Source: Blasia pusilla (Eukaryota). From it: a DNA stretch of 64,000 nt. The translations under genes and the position numbers were made by a program. Below, in pieces: positions 1-11,450 of the stretch. The DNA lies in NCBI GenBank assembly GCA_050084515.1, contig CM114271.1:23560001-23624000 (forward strand), read 5' to 3'. Below the pieces are notes generated by a model that made no database searches, had not been told where the DNA came from, and saw only the letters and a program-made list of their open reading frames with translations. Every line of letters begins with the position of its first letter. Position 1 is the first letter of the stretch.

Positions 1-462
1 GATCGGTGAGATCTAGTAGAGCGCCTTCGTGAGTAGTGGAGGACAGGCTCAGTAGGTTGAGGATGACCTGCTGAGGCCCCGGGAAACCTGAGAGACCAGG
101 TTTCCCCTTCGTTTCGGCTCATTTGGAGCCATATTGAGCAACTTACTATTTTAGATAAGTACCATTTTGAGTATATGATCGACTTTATATTTTTGGTAAG
201 TGGCCCTTGACCTCCTACATCAGGTCAAGAGCCACGGAGGTGACTTGGGAGAATAGGTTACCATGGAGAGAGCTTGGGAGAGGGGAGGGGTATACCTCAA
301 GGAGAGAGAGCTTGAGAGCTCATTCTCTCTTTGTTGAACCTCTTGGCATGAGGCGGCGAAGTTATGATCCCGTGCCTTGTGAGTGTAACCCAAGCCTCTC
401 ATTAGGAGAGTGGGTTTGGTTTAACATGAGAGAGAGTGCACATCTTTGAGATCTATGGTGTG
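1..462 (+). repeat. Left-terminal repeat 'A' (X subtype) of the DNMT-Gypsy family
   Basis: Closely similar to 41928-42375 and 12642-13097, and to the reverse complement of ~13550-14030. Confidence 0.85.
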
Positions 463-2416
463 AGATGGTGTAGAGAGAGATTGGATCTTACTTTACAAAG
501 AGAGAATGAGAGAAAGAGATAATGAGAGAGTGAGAGAGCTTCATGGAGTCGTCAACCAGTGACGGCAGATGACCGCCGATTATGGTGTTTGAGATTTGAT
601 TTCATATTGCTATGTTGTGATCGATAGCCGCTCGACGACGATCGAGTACCGTGTCGTGACGCCCATAGCCGTAACGCGCCGTCGATTGTCGCGACGTGCC
701 GCTTGTGGCCGCTCCGCACGGTCTCGATCGCGGAGTCGAAGCGTCATTGTGGAGCAGAGTGTGGGTTTATTGTTGATTGAGGAGGGTATGTTTTCGAGAG
801 CCACATCCCACCATCGAGGTCCGTGGCGTTTATAGCCGTTCCGTGCCGCCTGGAATGCTGCACCACTCCGCTGGAATCGCACTGTCTATCGAAGAGTTTT
901 GAGTAGCGTCAGTACGGGAGGAGTATGACTTGCTGATTGGAGGAGTTGTCTCCACGACTAAGTTGGGGTTGAGATTTTTAGTTGTTGAGGAGCGACATCG
1001 ACATGTGTTCAGGTTACCCATTCTGGTCCTTTACCCTGCACACGTGAGGGATTATGGGATTTGGGTAGTTTATTTGGGGATATTGGGTTGTGTGGATGTT
1101 GAGAGCATCATTTATGTATGTGGTTTAGGGGACATAGACCTGTGTGGGATGTCCGGAGTTGAGGGTAGGTTGTCGATGAGATGATAGCCTGGTCAATTTG
1201 CCGCACCACGCCGCTTGTTGCCGCACGTTACACGTCTCGGGGAGGGAGAGTGTAGATTGAGTGCCGCATGTTTGGGATGAGTGATTGATTGAGGGATTAC
1301 TCACGAGATTGAGAGTGATCATATGAGAAGGGCATGAGGGCCATCACGGCGTCCTTTCAGGATTTTGAGGGCGAGGTAGTGGACTTGAGAGTAGCTCTAG
1401 AGGGTTTACCCGGAGTGGTGCGAGCATTGGAGGGTCTCCACGTGAGAGACCACCTCGATCTCCTTCTATGTCGTCTTCAGACGAGAGGGAGCGTGTAGAG
1501 GAGTTTGTGAGCATATCGCCACACATTGTGAGTGGTCCTACTAGTTGGGCGTACGAGATGGTCGATCGGGGTAGAGGACCGCGTAGGCGGCGTTGAGTCA
1601 AGTTACAGGCCGCGTGTGGGGATAGGCAGAGAGGTTTGCACGACATGATTTTTGGGCGTGACAGGGATTTGCGAGAGTTGACAATGGAGTGTCAGTGCGC
1701 ATGATGCTAACGGGTTGTCTACATCTGTTGATGGGAGGATCGACTTGATGCACGAGGAGATGGTTGTGCTTCGAAGGTTATCGTGTCACATGGAGGAGTG
1801 AGTGTTGACGGTGCGTAGGTTGGAGGGCGTGATAAAATTACCCATTCGAGTCCCTTTTCCCGCACTTGTCATGTGTGATTGAGAGAGTTGGGTATCGGGT
1901 AGTAAGCTGGTGCTAGGTGGGTGCACTGATGGTGACGAGTGTAGATTCTTTTCATGTGTAGCATGTTAGTGGATATACGGCGGTTGTTGCGTAGGGGTTT
2001 CATGTATAACCCGAGAGGTTAGGTGAGTGTCGCGAGGTTAGGTGAGTCAGTTGGGAGGCTCATGGTGAGCCCGAGTGTTGAGTGTGCGTGAGGCTGGGTG
2101 TGTCATCACGGGATTGACGTTAGCATAGTTGAGCTAGTGAGGAGTGTGGGAGACTCTCGGTGAGTCTGAGTGCTTGAGCGGGTGAGACAGGGTTGTTATC
2201 ACGGCGTTCTTCCAGGGTTCAGAAGAACAGGGTAGTGCGAGCAGTAGTAGTGGAGTGACACGGAGTGGAGTGAGATATCAAGGAGTTACGAGTGAGGAGC
2301 TACCTTGACATCCATCCGTGGTTGGATCGCCATCACTAGACACTGGGTCTATTGACGAGATCGCAGACGGAGGCAGTATCACTTGGCAAGAGATGGACGA
2401 CATGGGCCATTGAGGC

Positions 2417-4363
2417 ATGCGTCGTTTCTTAGGTGCAATGGGCACCATCGACTTAGATGATTTTATCCATGAGTTTGACACGTGGTGCGACTTCCAAGAG
2501 ATACGGACCCCGACACGATTCAACCCTTTCATGGCATGGAAGGGGTTGTTCCAGCACTTGGAGGGTCCTCCAATGGATGATTACATGGAGTTTCAATCAC
2601 TATATTCAGTAGAGATCGATGCCTGGAGGATGTATTGGGCTCCACGGTATGTGTCCACTAGTGGTGGCGAGGCATATGATGGGATTGTGAGAGGAGAGAG
2701 ACCCACACCATCAGCCCCGAGACTAGATGGAGAGGAGGGCAGTGAGACAGGCGATGTGGCAGAGACCTCTGGTGGTAGAGGGCCACCCAACTTCAGCCCC
2801 ACAATGGAGTTCTTCTAACAGTTGGGGAAGAGCTACCAACTGGGCGTACGCACCAACAAGCTAAAGAGTCTACAGGATTTTCAGCCACGATCGGGTGAGA
2901 GTCTGAGATAGGCATTCACACGCATGAGGAGGCTGATCATTGCTACGTATGGAGTGATTGAGGCGCAGTCAGTCCAGAATTGGTACGGGGTTTTGGACAG
3001 AGAACTACAGAGGAGAGTCCGAGATGCGGTGCTGATTCACACAACAAAGCCCACATTGAAGGTGGTCTTGGAGTTGTCTGAGCGTATTGAACTCAACATG
3101 AGTGAGGAGCTGGTAGTGACCGCTAGATTTTCTCGAGAGTCGACGGGTTCACGAGCAACGGTGACCCCACAGGTGCCACAACAACCACCACTACCACGGG
3201 AGCGGGCTGGTGTGCCCAGAGAGCAAGGCGGGTACCGTGAGCCTATGAGGCAACGACCCGTACCTACATGTGTTGCCCAGCAGGGACCGATGTGGTCTTG
3301 TTGGACGTGTGGAGGGGCCCATAGGCAGAGAGACTCCCCACAGTATGGGAGAGGATCACGAGCGGCTCCGATTGCTCAGGAGCCACAGAGGACGGCCCCA
3401 CCACAGCCCCAATGTGACTATTGCCACAGATATGGTCACACTAGGGATAGATGTTTTGACCTTCACCGAGAGGCACGTCCAGAGGTAGACCGAAGGCCTG
3501 GGGGCGGTCGTCCTAGAGGAGGTCGGGGAGTCCTTTCTGAACGTGGAGGTAGAGGACCACCACCAACTAGAGGAGATGGAGCAGGAGCACCAGAGTCGGC
3601 ACTTCTCTCATGTATTGATCAGTTGGAGTAGAGGATTGCTGCCATGACGATGATGCAGCTTAGGGAAGGCACGGAGCTGCGAGCAGCTAGTGTGACTCCG
3701 GCTTCTATCTCTTACCCTGAACCGGTTGAGGATCTCGTCAGTATGGGGTTTATGTGTAGTGCAACCCAGGTTGACTCGGATGACTCGGGATGCTGCGAGA
3801 GGCACCGAGCCATCGAGAGGTGGAGTTGAGATTGACCCACCAGAGGGGACGATGGGCGGCAAGCCAGGGTTCTACAGTCATTCATATTGTTGGAGGCACT
3901 ACACACACCATCGATGGTGCCTCGACGACCAGTGGTGCCTACAGCTCAGACACCTACGTCGATGTCATGAGGAGTTGGAGTGACAACTCCAATGCCGGCT
4001 CGAGTGGAGTCAGTGTCGACCATAGTGTTGGAGGTGGCCACCAGAGTGAGTTAGACTCCACTATTTTCCGCCATAGAGTTGGCAACGTTGGGAGTTGGAC
4101 CAATTGAGGTGTTCGGGCTGGCCACCACGTTGTCTGAGTGTGGAGGGGTGACTGCTTCTTGTTCAGAAGTAGTTGAGGAGGTGGTGGACTTGTCCTCAGA
4201 GCCGGTGCTTGGGACATTTCCCATAGAGTCATGGCATGCGGCGGCGACGAAGTTGGTAGATATGCCAGCTCGACCGGCCATAGAGCGAGCAGTGGTAACA
4301 CATGGAGTAGTGTTACTAGATAACCGAGCGGAGTATTTTGCTTGGTTAGTCCGACGGGGATAG
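2417..4363 (+). pseudogene. gag: gag of copy 1 (capsid-like N-terminus, two zinc knuckles), interrupted by stops
   Basis: ORFs 2417, 2924, 3644 and 4079 are all in one frame. CWTCGGAH..D and CDYCHRYGHTRDRC knuckles. DDFIHEFDTW...FNPFMAWKGLFQHLEG motif shared with the other family copies. Confidence 0.8.
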
Positions 4364-4369
4364 TATACC

Positions 4370-4760
4370 ACCCGCAGTGCGTCCTACTTGATTCGGGAGC
4401 GCAACCCTTGATGTTAGGGAAGGCGGCGTGTTTAGCGTTGGGGATACGAAAGGCCGACATTGAACCTTGTCCCTTCTAGATACAAACCTCGATTGGGGAC
4501 GTGTCACCCACGCAGTATATGACTCAACAGGAGATAGTTGTCAGAGTCCAGCCAGAGCATGCGACGGATAGTGCTTTGGTGCGCACACGTGCGATTACGA
4601 CACCAGCTGAGTCGTACGATGTGTTGGTGGGGACTACAGTGTTATATCCCCTAGGATCCATTCTTGACTTCTGGGAGGAGACCGTTGCTTATCGGCCAGG
4701 GTGGTGGTTAGGAGACGGGCAGATGATTCAATTACCTGTGCAGTTTGCGGGACGAGATGG
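4370..4760 (+). pseudogene. Aspartic protease domain of copy 1
   Basis: VLLDSGAQPLMLG motif at ~4381 and downstream YDVLVG motif. Confidence 0.75.
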
Positions 4761-5099
4761 TCGATCACGAGGCGAGTCTGTGACCACGTTGGCAGCTTTC
4801 ACAGGTAGTGTTAGCTGGCCATGAGAGTTGTTGGAGGGGAACGCACATGCAGAGGATGTCCCAATAGCGGATAGTCCCACGGAGAGACAGCCCATGGCGG
4901 GTGTCTCTCCCCATGTTGGCGAGACCTCTTCACCATTATGGGGTACGACTCGAGAGCTATAGAGGAGTGCCGACGACCTCGTGAGGCAGGCGTGGAGTCA
5001 TGCTTTTATCCCGGAGCAACAAGAGTCATGTGGCGATTGGGCTCTTGGAGTGGAGACGTTGACCCCACTGGATACCACACCCGTTGTGTGGCAGTGCCT

Positions 5100-6070
5100 A
5101 GAGGAGGGTGTTAGGGTGTTAGATCTCTTCGGAGGGATTAGCACCGGATTGGCTGCAGTATTGCAGGTGGGCATACGGGTGCATCAGTACCTTTATGTGG
5201 AGAGAGATGAGACCGTGTGGCAAGTATCATTACGTCATGTGGCGAGATTGGTCCAGAGGTATCCTAAGTTGTTGCCGATATCTGTAGTACGGGGATATCA
5301 GCATACACTACCCGCCGACATCTCTTTGGTGGGGGCGCAGGATCTGGATAGAGTTGGCACCATTCATTTGGTGATTGTTGGATGGCCATGTCAGGGTCAT
5401 TCATCAGCTGGCCGAGGATTTGGATTGCAAGATCCGAGGTCAGGGATGTTTTGGGAGATGCTGCGAGTAGTACGACACTTGCAAGAGAGTCAAACATGTT
5501 CTCCAACGTACATTTTGGAGAACGTGTCGTTGTTGGGAGACACTCGTGCACGTGTGATGACGAGTGTGCATCAGGGGAGGTCTTGGATGGAACCTGCTGT
5601 GTTGTTAGATGCAGTGAGAGTTGGATCACGTGCCCATCATCCATGACTGTGGTGGACGAATCTGATACCATCAGAGGTACTAAGTCGAGCATACGATGGA
5701 GTCCAGAGAGCACTACATCTCAGAGTGGATGCTATTTTGGGCTCAGGGCGTCAATCTCAGGTGGTGATACGGGATGATAGACCACCGCTGGCCATGGCCA
5801 ATAGAGTGGGGGAGTTGAGGGCAGTCTTACCTACGTTGGTGAGCTTCCTAGCATCCCATGCCTTTCGTCAGGGAGGGCTAGGCATGATTTGGGATGAGGT
5901 GACCGGAGCATTGGAGGAGCCTACAGCATATAAGCGCGCCATGGGGTTGGCTATGGGTACTACCGCGGTGCCAGGGATGACTGAGGCATCCCGGAGATAG
6001 GTGTTGGGGGAGGAGACTGACCTCAACTGTCTCACATGGATAGTCAGCCTAGGTATGGCTGAGCAGAGAT
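5100..6070 (+). pseudogene. C5 cytosine DNA methyltransferase domain (DNMT3/DRM-like) embedded in pol, copy 1
   Basis: Motif I VLDLFGGIS, motif II YVE, motif IV GWPCQGHS, GLQDPRS.MFWEMLRV, motif VI YILENV, motif VIII RAH.P(R)LWWTNL, motif IX-like RAMG. Same reading frame as protease, RT and integrase. Confidence 0.9.
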
Positions 6071-6449
6071 GGATGCGAGTGTCATCCATGCCATCACGTC
6101 CACGAGTTGGACCATTGCCTATAGGGTCTGTACAGGCATTGGCTAGGGGAGAGACGAGGAGAGATAGGCATCCATAGACTTCCTGGGACGTCGTTCGAGC
6201 GGAAAGTGCGAAGGCGGCCAGAGTAGCACATGTTCATTTTTTGGATGTGGAGCATGGTGTAGGAGGTCAGAGTGGAGTGGCTCTTGCGGAGGTGGCTAGG
6301 ATTGCTACATAGCAACCAAAGCCGGAGGTTGCATCCTCTCCAAGGGAGGTCACGATGGAGACTTGGGAGCGTGTGATAGGTTCAAGTTGATAGGAGGAGA
6401 GCAACGGCGAGTTCATAGGTTTCTGAGAGGGCATGTTAGTTGTTTTGCC

Positions 6450-7810
6450 TTTAGTATGAGAGACTTGGGTACGTTGAAGGGTCCCGAGATACGGATTGAG
6501 TTGGCTAGTGATACGCCGATCTTTTGTCGACCCTAGAAGTATTCTGATATGGAGCGAGCCTTGATTCAGATCAAGAGTCAGGACTTGTTGGAGGCAGGAC
6601 TTGTTGGAGGCAGGACTTGTGGAGTTATCACATGGGGAGTATGCATCTGCCACAGTCATGCCGGAAAAGAAGGATATGTATGGCAATTGGACGGATAGGG
6701 AGATGTGTGGAGATTGCCGTCCTATCAACCGACAGACGAGGTCAGATCGGTACGCCATGCCTACTTGTGAGGAGATCTTTGATGCGGTAGGGCATGCAAA
6801 GATCTTCAGTACTTTAGATCTCCGTGCTGGCCATCATCAGCTTCCTATCAAGTTAGAGGATAGGGAGAAGACAACATTCTGGGGGATAGATCGGTTTGGT
6901 AGAGATTGCTTGTATCAATGGCGGTTCTTACCATTTGGGTTGAAGAACGCGCCTGCAGAGTTTTAGAGAGTGATGGATAGGATTCTGGCTGGCTTGGAGT
7001 TTGTACGATGTTACATAGATGATATTCTTATCTTCAGTTCCACGGTTGAGGAGCATGAGCGACATCTAGAGGAGGTGTTTCGGCGATTGCAGTTACATGG
7101 ACTGAAGTAACATCCAGGCAAGTGCAGATTCTTTCAGGAGCAGATTGAGTATTTAGGACACACCACATACCCGAGTGGGTTAGGCGTTCAGCGGATAAAG
7201 GTAGAGGCTATTGCGTAGATTCCACGCCCTACATATGTGAGTCGAGTGCGAGCATTTCTTGGACTGGCGAACTTCTATCGACGGTATGTTAAGGATTTTA
7301 GTGTGATCGCAAAGTCTTTGACCTTGTTGACGAGACTTGATCAGGTTTGGTTGTAGGGAGATGATCGTAAGCGAGCATTTTAGGAGCTCAAGGACAGGTT
7401 GATACCCTCACCCATTTTACAGAGACCGGTTAGGGGTCGCCCATTCCAGTTACATACGGATTGGAGCATGTTGGATCTAGGAGCAGTGCTTACTCAGAGG
7501 GATGACGAGGAGACGGAGTTCGTTGTGGCTTACGCGAGCCGATCGAACAACATTGCAGAGGCGAAGTACAGCTCCTACGAGGGAGAGTGCTTGGCTGCAC
7601 TGTGGGCCGTGACACATTTCAGGTGCTATTTATTCGGAAACCCTTTCACACTTATCACTGATCATCAGCCGTTGAGGTGGTTAATGGAGTCCGACAAGCT
7701 TACGGGAAAGCTTGCTAGGTGGGCTCTATTACTACAGGAGTATAAGTTTGAGGTGGTTCAAAGGCCAAGCCGGCTGAACCAAGATGCGGATGGGTTGAGT
7801 CGTAACCCAT
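6450..7810 (+). pseudogene. pol: Reverse transcriptase and RNase H of copy 1
   Basis: MCGDCRPIN, LDLRAGHHQL, PFGLKNAPAEF, YIDDIL, LHTDWS, YSSYEGECLA, ITDHQPL, DADGLSR; several in-frame stops. Confidence 0.93.
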
Positions 7811-8189
7811 GTCCGAGTCAGAGAAACGATATAGGAGCTCGATAGCATGGAGAGAGTGGTGAGGAGATGGTGCCCGATTGGCATGCATCTACCTATCTTT
7901 GTTGGTTGACTATGGCAGGTCAGCCACATGTGATGACTCCAATGGTGGGGTTGGATGATGAATCTTTGGATCTGGAGGTCAATGAGGAGGCAACATGTGG
8001 TCGTGATATCCATGACGACGTGGAGGTTGTGGAGTTCTTGCGCATTGGCGTCATAACAAGCATAGTGAGTGCTAGGGAGCGGGATCGGATCCTATAGATA
8101 GCTAGGAGGTTCAGGTGGGAGGGGACTCACATTTTGCAGGTATGGGGAGATGGTAGGATACAAGTGGTACCTCATCCTTCCCAACGAGC

Positions 8190-9240
8190 ACGTGAAGTGC
8201 GACATGCCCATGAGGAGTTGGGAGTAAAGCGTACTAACAACTTACTCCAGGTTTAGTATTGGTGGCGCGGCATGCATACTAGGGTACAATAGATTGTGGC
8301 CAGATGTATGGTATGTGACAAAGTGCGAGCATCCTTCAATGCTCCCACTCCGTAGTTACATCCTTTTCCGATTATGGGTTTAGGTTATCGGTAGAGTTTA
8401 GACTTTGCGGGACCTTTGCCATTGACGGGGCGTCATCATAGGTACGTGTTGGTGATGGTGGAGCATTTCTCCAAGTGGATAGAGTTGGTGGCACTACCGG
8501 ACAAGGCGAGCAAGGGAACAGCTTATGTGTTTCTAGATTTTGTGCTTAGTCACTTTGGTGCACCGGCGGAGGTGTTGACTAACCAGGGTACCGAGTTCAG
8601 GGGAGAGTTTAAGGCCTTGTGTGATTAGGCGCTGATAGATCACCGCACCACATCCAGAGATCATCCTGAGGTGGATGGGTTGGCGGAGAGAGTGGTACAG
8701 ACGGTGAAGAGAGGATTCCGCAAGTATGGCTTGCAGCGAGGACAGTTGAGGGAGTGGGACCTACAGTTGCCATGGTTGGCTATGGGTTATCGCTTTAGTC
8801 GGTAGGAATCCTTGGCGTCATTTTCACCGTACTTTTTTCTCTTTGGGAGAGAGCCAGATTTACCTACAGCCATTCGACGTGATATGGCGGAGGTGTTAGA
8901 TCTTGATGATCCAGATGTGTGGGTACAAGCATGTTCTCAAAGGGCGGAGGTTTTTCGTAGAGTTATGCCTATGGCCTTTGAGAACTTAGCTATTGCTCAA
9001 CATAGAGATACATTGAGGTACGCGACCGTTCGTGGAGGAGGTTATTGTCCAGGGATTAGGAGGTTTCAACCTGGAGATTACGTGTATTTACAGCATGCGG
9101 CACCCACGATGCTAGATGCCACTGCAGGGCGCACGATCCTACGTATGCGCGAGGTATTACCGACCAGAGTCCTCATGTTGGAGGGACGGGATGGTATGGT
9201 TTGGAAGGATCATGTGCGCAATTGTGCACCATGTCATCTT
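8190..9240 (+). pseudogene. DDE integrase of copy 1
   Basis: H..LG/WWRGM...C..C zinc-binding region, LDFAGPL, VMVEHFSKW, TNQGTEF, HPEVDGLAER, SPYFFLFGREP. Confidence 0.9.
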
Positions 9241-9297
9241 CCGAACGTAGACAGGACATTGGATCCGAGCTTGGCATTGGTACCTACAAGCTTGAGA

Positions 9298-9440
9298 TGT
9301 ATGTTGTGCGGATCAGCGAGGGGTGCAGCCACCATGTTGGTATGTGATGGTTGTTCTCGAGGGTGGCATATGTCATGTCTGACCCCCCCCCTCTTGATGT
9401 GGTTCCCACGGGACGATGGATGTGTCCGAGATGTGTATAG
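9298..9440 (+). pseudogene. PHD finger at the Pol C-terminus (frameshift in poly-C ~9383-9391)
   Basis: CMLC...MLVCDGCSRGWHMSCLTPPL, continuing after a frameshift as DVVPTGRWMCPRCV* = C4HC3 pattern; stop TAG at 9438-9440. Confidence 0.88.
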
Positions 9441-9516
9441 GGTAGTAGGGCATGTGAGAGAGATGTCATATTTTCTATCTGGAGTTGGGGGGATCCAACT
9501 GCCAGCTATGAGGGCG

Positions 9517-9654
9517 GTTGTGTGATCTCCATGTATATGTATGAGTTGATTTTTGTACATGTGTGGATCGACCCGTGTGTGGGAAAGATCGGTGTTGTGT
9601 GGTGTAGATGTGACCAGCGATGTGTGTTGTGTAGCAATATGTATGCGCATGACA
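9517..9654 (+). repeat. Right-terminal repeat B1 (138 bp)
   Basis: Direct repeat of 10137-10274 (8 transitions by eye); ends GCGCATGACA. Confidence 0.92.
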
Positions 9655-9656
9655 AC

Positions 9657-10274
9657 TGTCACATCTGGGTAGCCGATAGGCCGAGATCTATCTTGGATAG
9701 GGCGTAGGAGCCACCGGACTATCTTGAGTGCAACTTTGTCTCACTGTGTCGGATGAGGTTGAGGATAGGTCCATTGTGTCAGGAACGTTGTTTCTGACAA
9801 CTTTCATATTGGGGTCTCTCATAGCTGGGTGACTTGTTGACCAGGTCACCCGCCCCTGGTAACTTGTGTGCGCAGGTTACCAAGGGGAGGGCTATTTTTA
9901 GGGGAAGAGCCTTTTGGCTCTTCCCAACCCTATATAAGAGAGGAAGATGGTTTTCCTAAGCCATCTTTCTCATGTTGAGCCGTTGGAGCACCTCTCTTGT
10001 ATGTGTGTGAGAAAGGACTAGGGTGCTAACGTCCGGATTTCTTGATAGGATAGGATGGACGAGGCTCGATATGCCGATGTAGATTGAGGAGTGGAGTTTT
10101 AGGCTGGGTGTTGCATTTTTACTACTCTTTCTTTTTGTTGTATGATCTCCATGTATATGTATGAGTTGATTTTTGTACATGTGTGGATCAACCCATGTGT
10201 GGGGAAGATCGGTGTTGTGTGGTGTAGATGTGACCAGTGATGTATGTTGTGCAGCGATATGTATGCGCATGACA
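9657..10274 (+). repeat. LTR-like terminal unit A(Y)-B2, 618 bp
   Basis: Begins TGTCACA, ends CATGACA, has CTATATAAG at 9930-9938; last 138 bp repeat 9517-9654. Confidence 0.85.
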
Positions 10275-10329
10275 GAACACTCTCCCATCCTACCCGCTCA
10301 ATTCCTTAAACCATGAACTTATTGTGATG

Positions 10330-11450
10330 CGTGTTTGCCGCTTTTCAGGTTTAAGCTAGGAGAATCACCTTGAGGAATTAATCGACACTCTACGGTATAC
10401 GCGAGCGACTTGGGGAGATTGGTCAAGGTTTGGGGAAGAGGCTTCCTAGGGAGACATTCCGCACTTTGGGAGACTCAACCTGATTAGTGTTTGGTGGCTT
10501 CTCTACTACCTACAGAACACTCAATTGGTTGAGTCTTTGAAACTCAACCTAAGGCTTATGCTTGGAAAACTCAAGGTCAAGAGTAATTTAGGGCGAAGCT
10601 GGGAGAAGTAATTGGTTGGACTTTGCAACGAGAGTTAGACATTGGCATTTCCAACTTTCAATAGAAAGAGGGGTATACAATTAACAAAAATCATCACCTG
10701 TATTGAATAGGAGCATCACTACAAATTGTCATACATTAGAAATAAATAGGCCAACACAAAGTTCACGAAGAAACAGAGTATATGTGAGACAGAGGTGTAC
10801 TCCAAAAAGGGTGGCCCATGGAAGCTTGTAACCATATTCTACATGAGGAGGTGAGTTACCTTAAATTGCAGGCTAATCTACTTGAACAAACTACGCCCCC
10901 CCCCCCCTTCCCTTTCACTGTTGTGTCGTCTTGAATACAACTATAATTGCATTATCTGTATTCAACCGCGACCATGCCCACACCAAGCTGTAACATTTGT
11001 GCTCATCTACATATGTCTATGACCTCCTAGTTATCAATTGATATGTTGTATCATAGTTTTCGCTCATGGGTGCATTGAGGTGTTGCCATGGATAGCCACT
11101 CCAAGTCAATGGTGATGGCTTCGAGATGCTTCTTATCATAGAGCTCAACCTCTTCTCCTTCTTGCCAGTCTATGAAGGGAACCCAACCTTGAAACCTATG
11201 AGTGGAAGACTTGGGTTGAGTCTTGAAGACCCAACTAATCGCACATCTTGTAGGTGATTCAATGAAGCCAACACGCACTGATCGGTTACGAGTCCCCCAA
11301 GTGCATATCATCTCCCTGGGAAGTCTTTTCCCCAAGTTAGCCTCGCCTAATCTTCCCCAATATCTTGCCCAAATCAAAACGCGCGGTTAATTCCTTAAGG
11401 TACACCTTTAATGATTCCTAAGCTTAAACTAAAACATGACCAAAACACAA
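10330..11450. mobile_element. Two old LTR/gag remnants of one family in inverted orientation
   Basis: ~10330-10560 resembles the reverse complement of ~11200-11450; a related piece lies at ~13260-13400; decayed gag-like coding in between. Confidence 0.5.

Larger units (their letters stand above)
1..10274 (+). mobile_element. Ty3/Gypsy-type retroelement copy 1 (gag-PR-DNMT-RT-RH-IN-PHD), degenerate, atypical termini; starts ~19 bp before the window
   Basis: Domain motifs in order: CCHC knuckles, LLDSGA protease, LDLFGG/GWPCQ/ENV MTase, DLRAG-HQL/PFGLKNAP/YIDD RT, TDWS/ECLA/TDHQ RNase H, DFAGP/NQGTEF/GLAER integrase, PHD. Base 1 aligns to 41928 of copy 2. Ends in GCGCATGACA at 9654 and again at 10274. 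Confidence 0.9.

Noticed and set aside
4340-4380. Programmed gag-pol frameshift in copy 1
   Set aside because: Copy 2 reads through the same region in one frame (EVFQLVSPGGRALSPQRVLLDSG), so this is a mutation.
5100-6070. Host DRM/DNMT3 gene or bacterial contamination
   Set aside because: Intronless, in frame within Pol, and present at the same position in two TE copies contiguous with plant genes.
6581-6620. 15-bp tandem duplication in RT of copy 1
   Set aside because: Absent from copy 2; ordinary slippage in a dead element.
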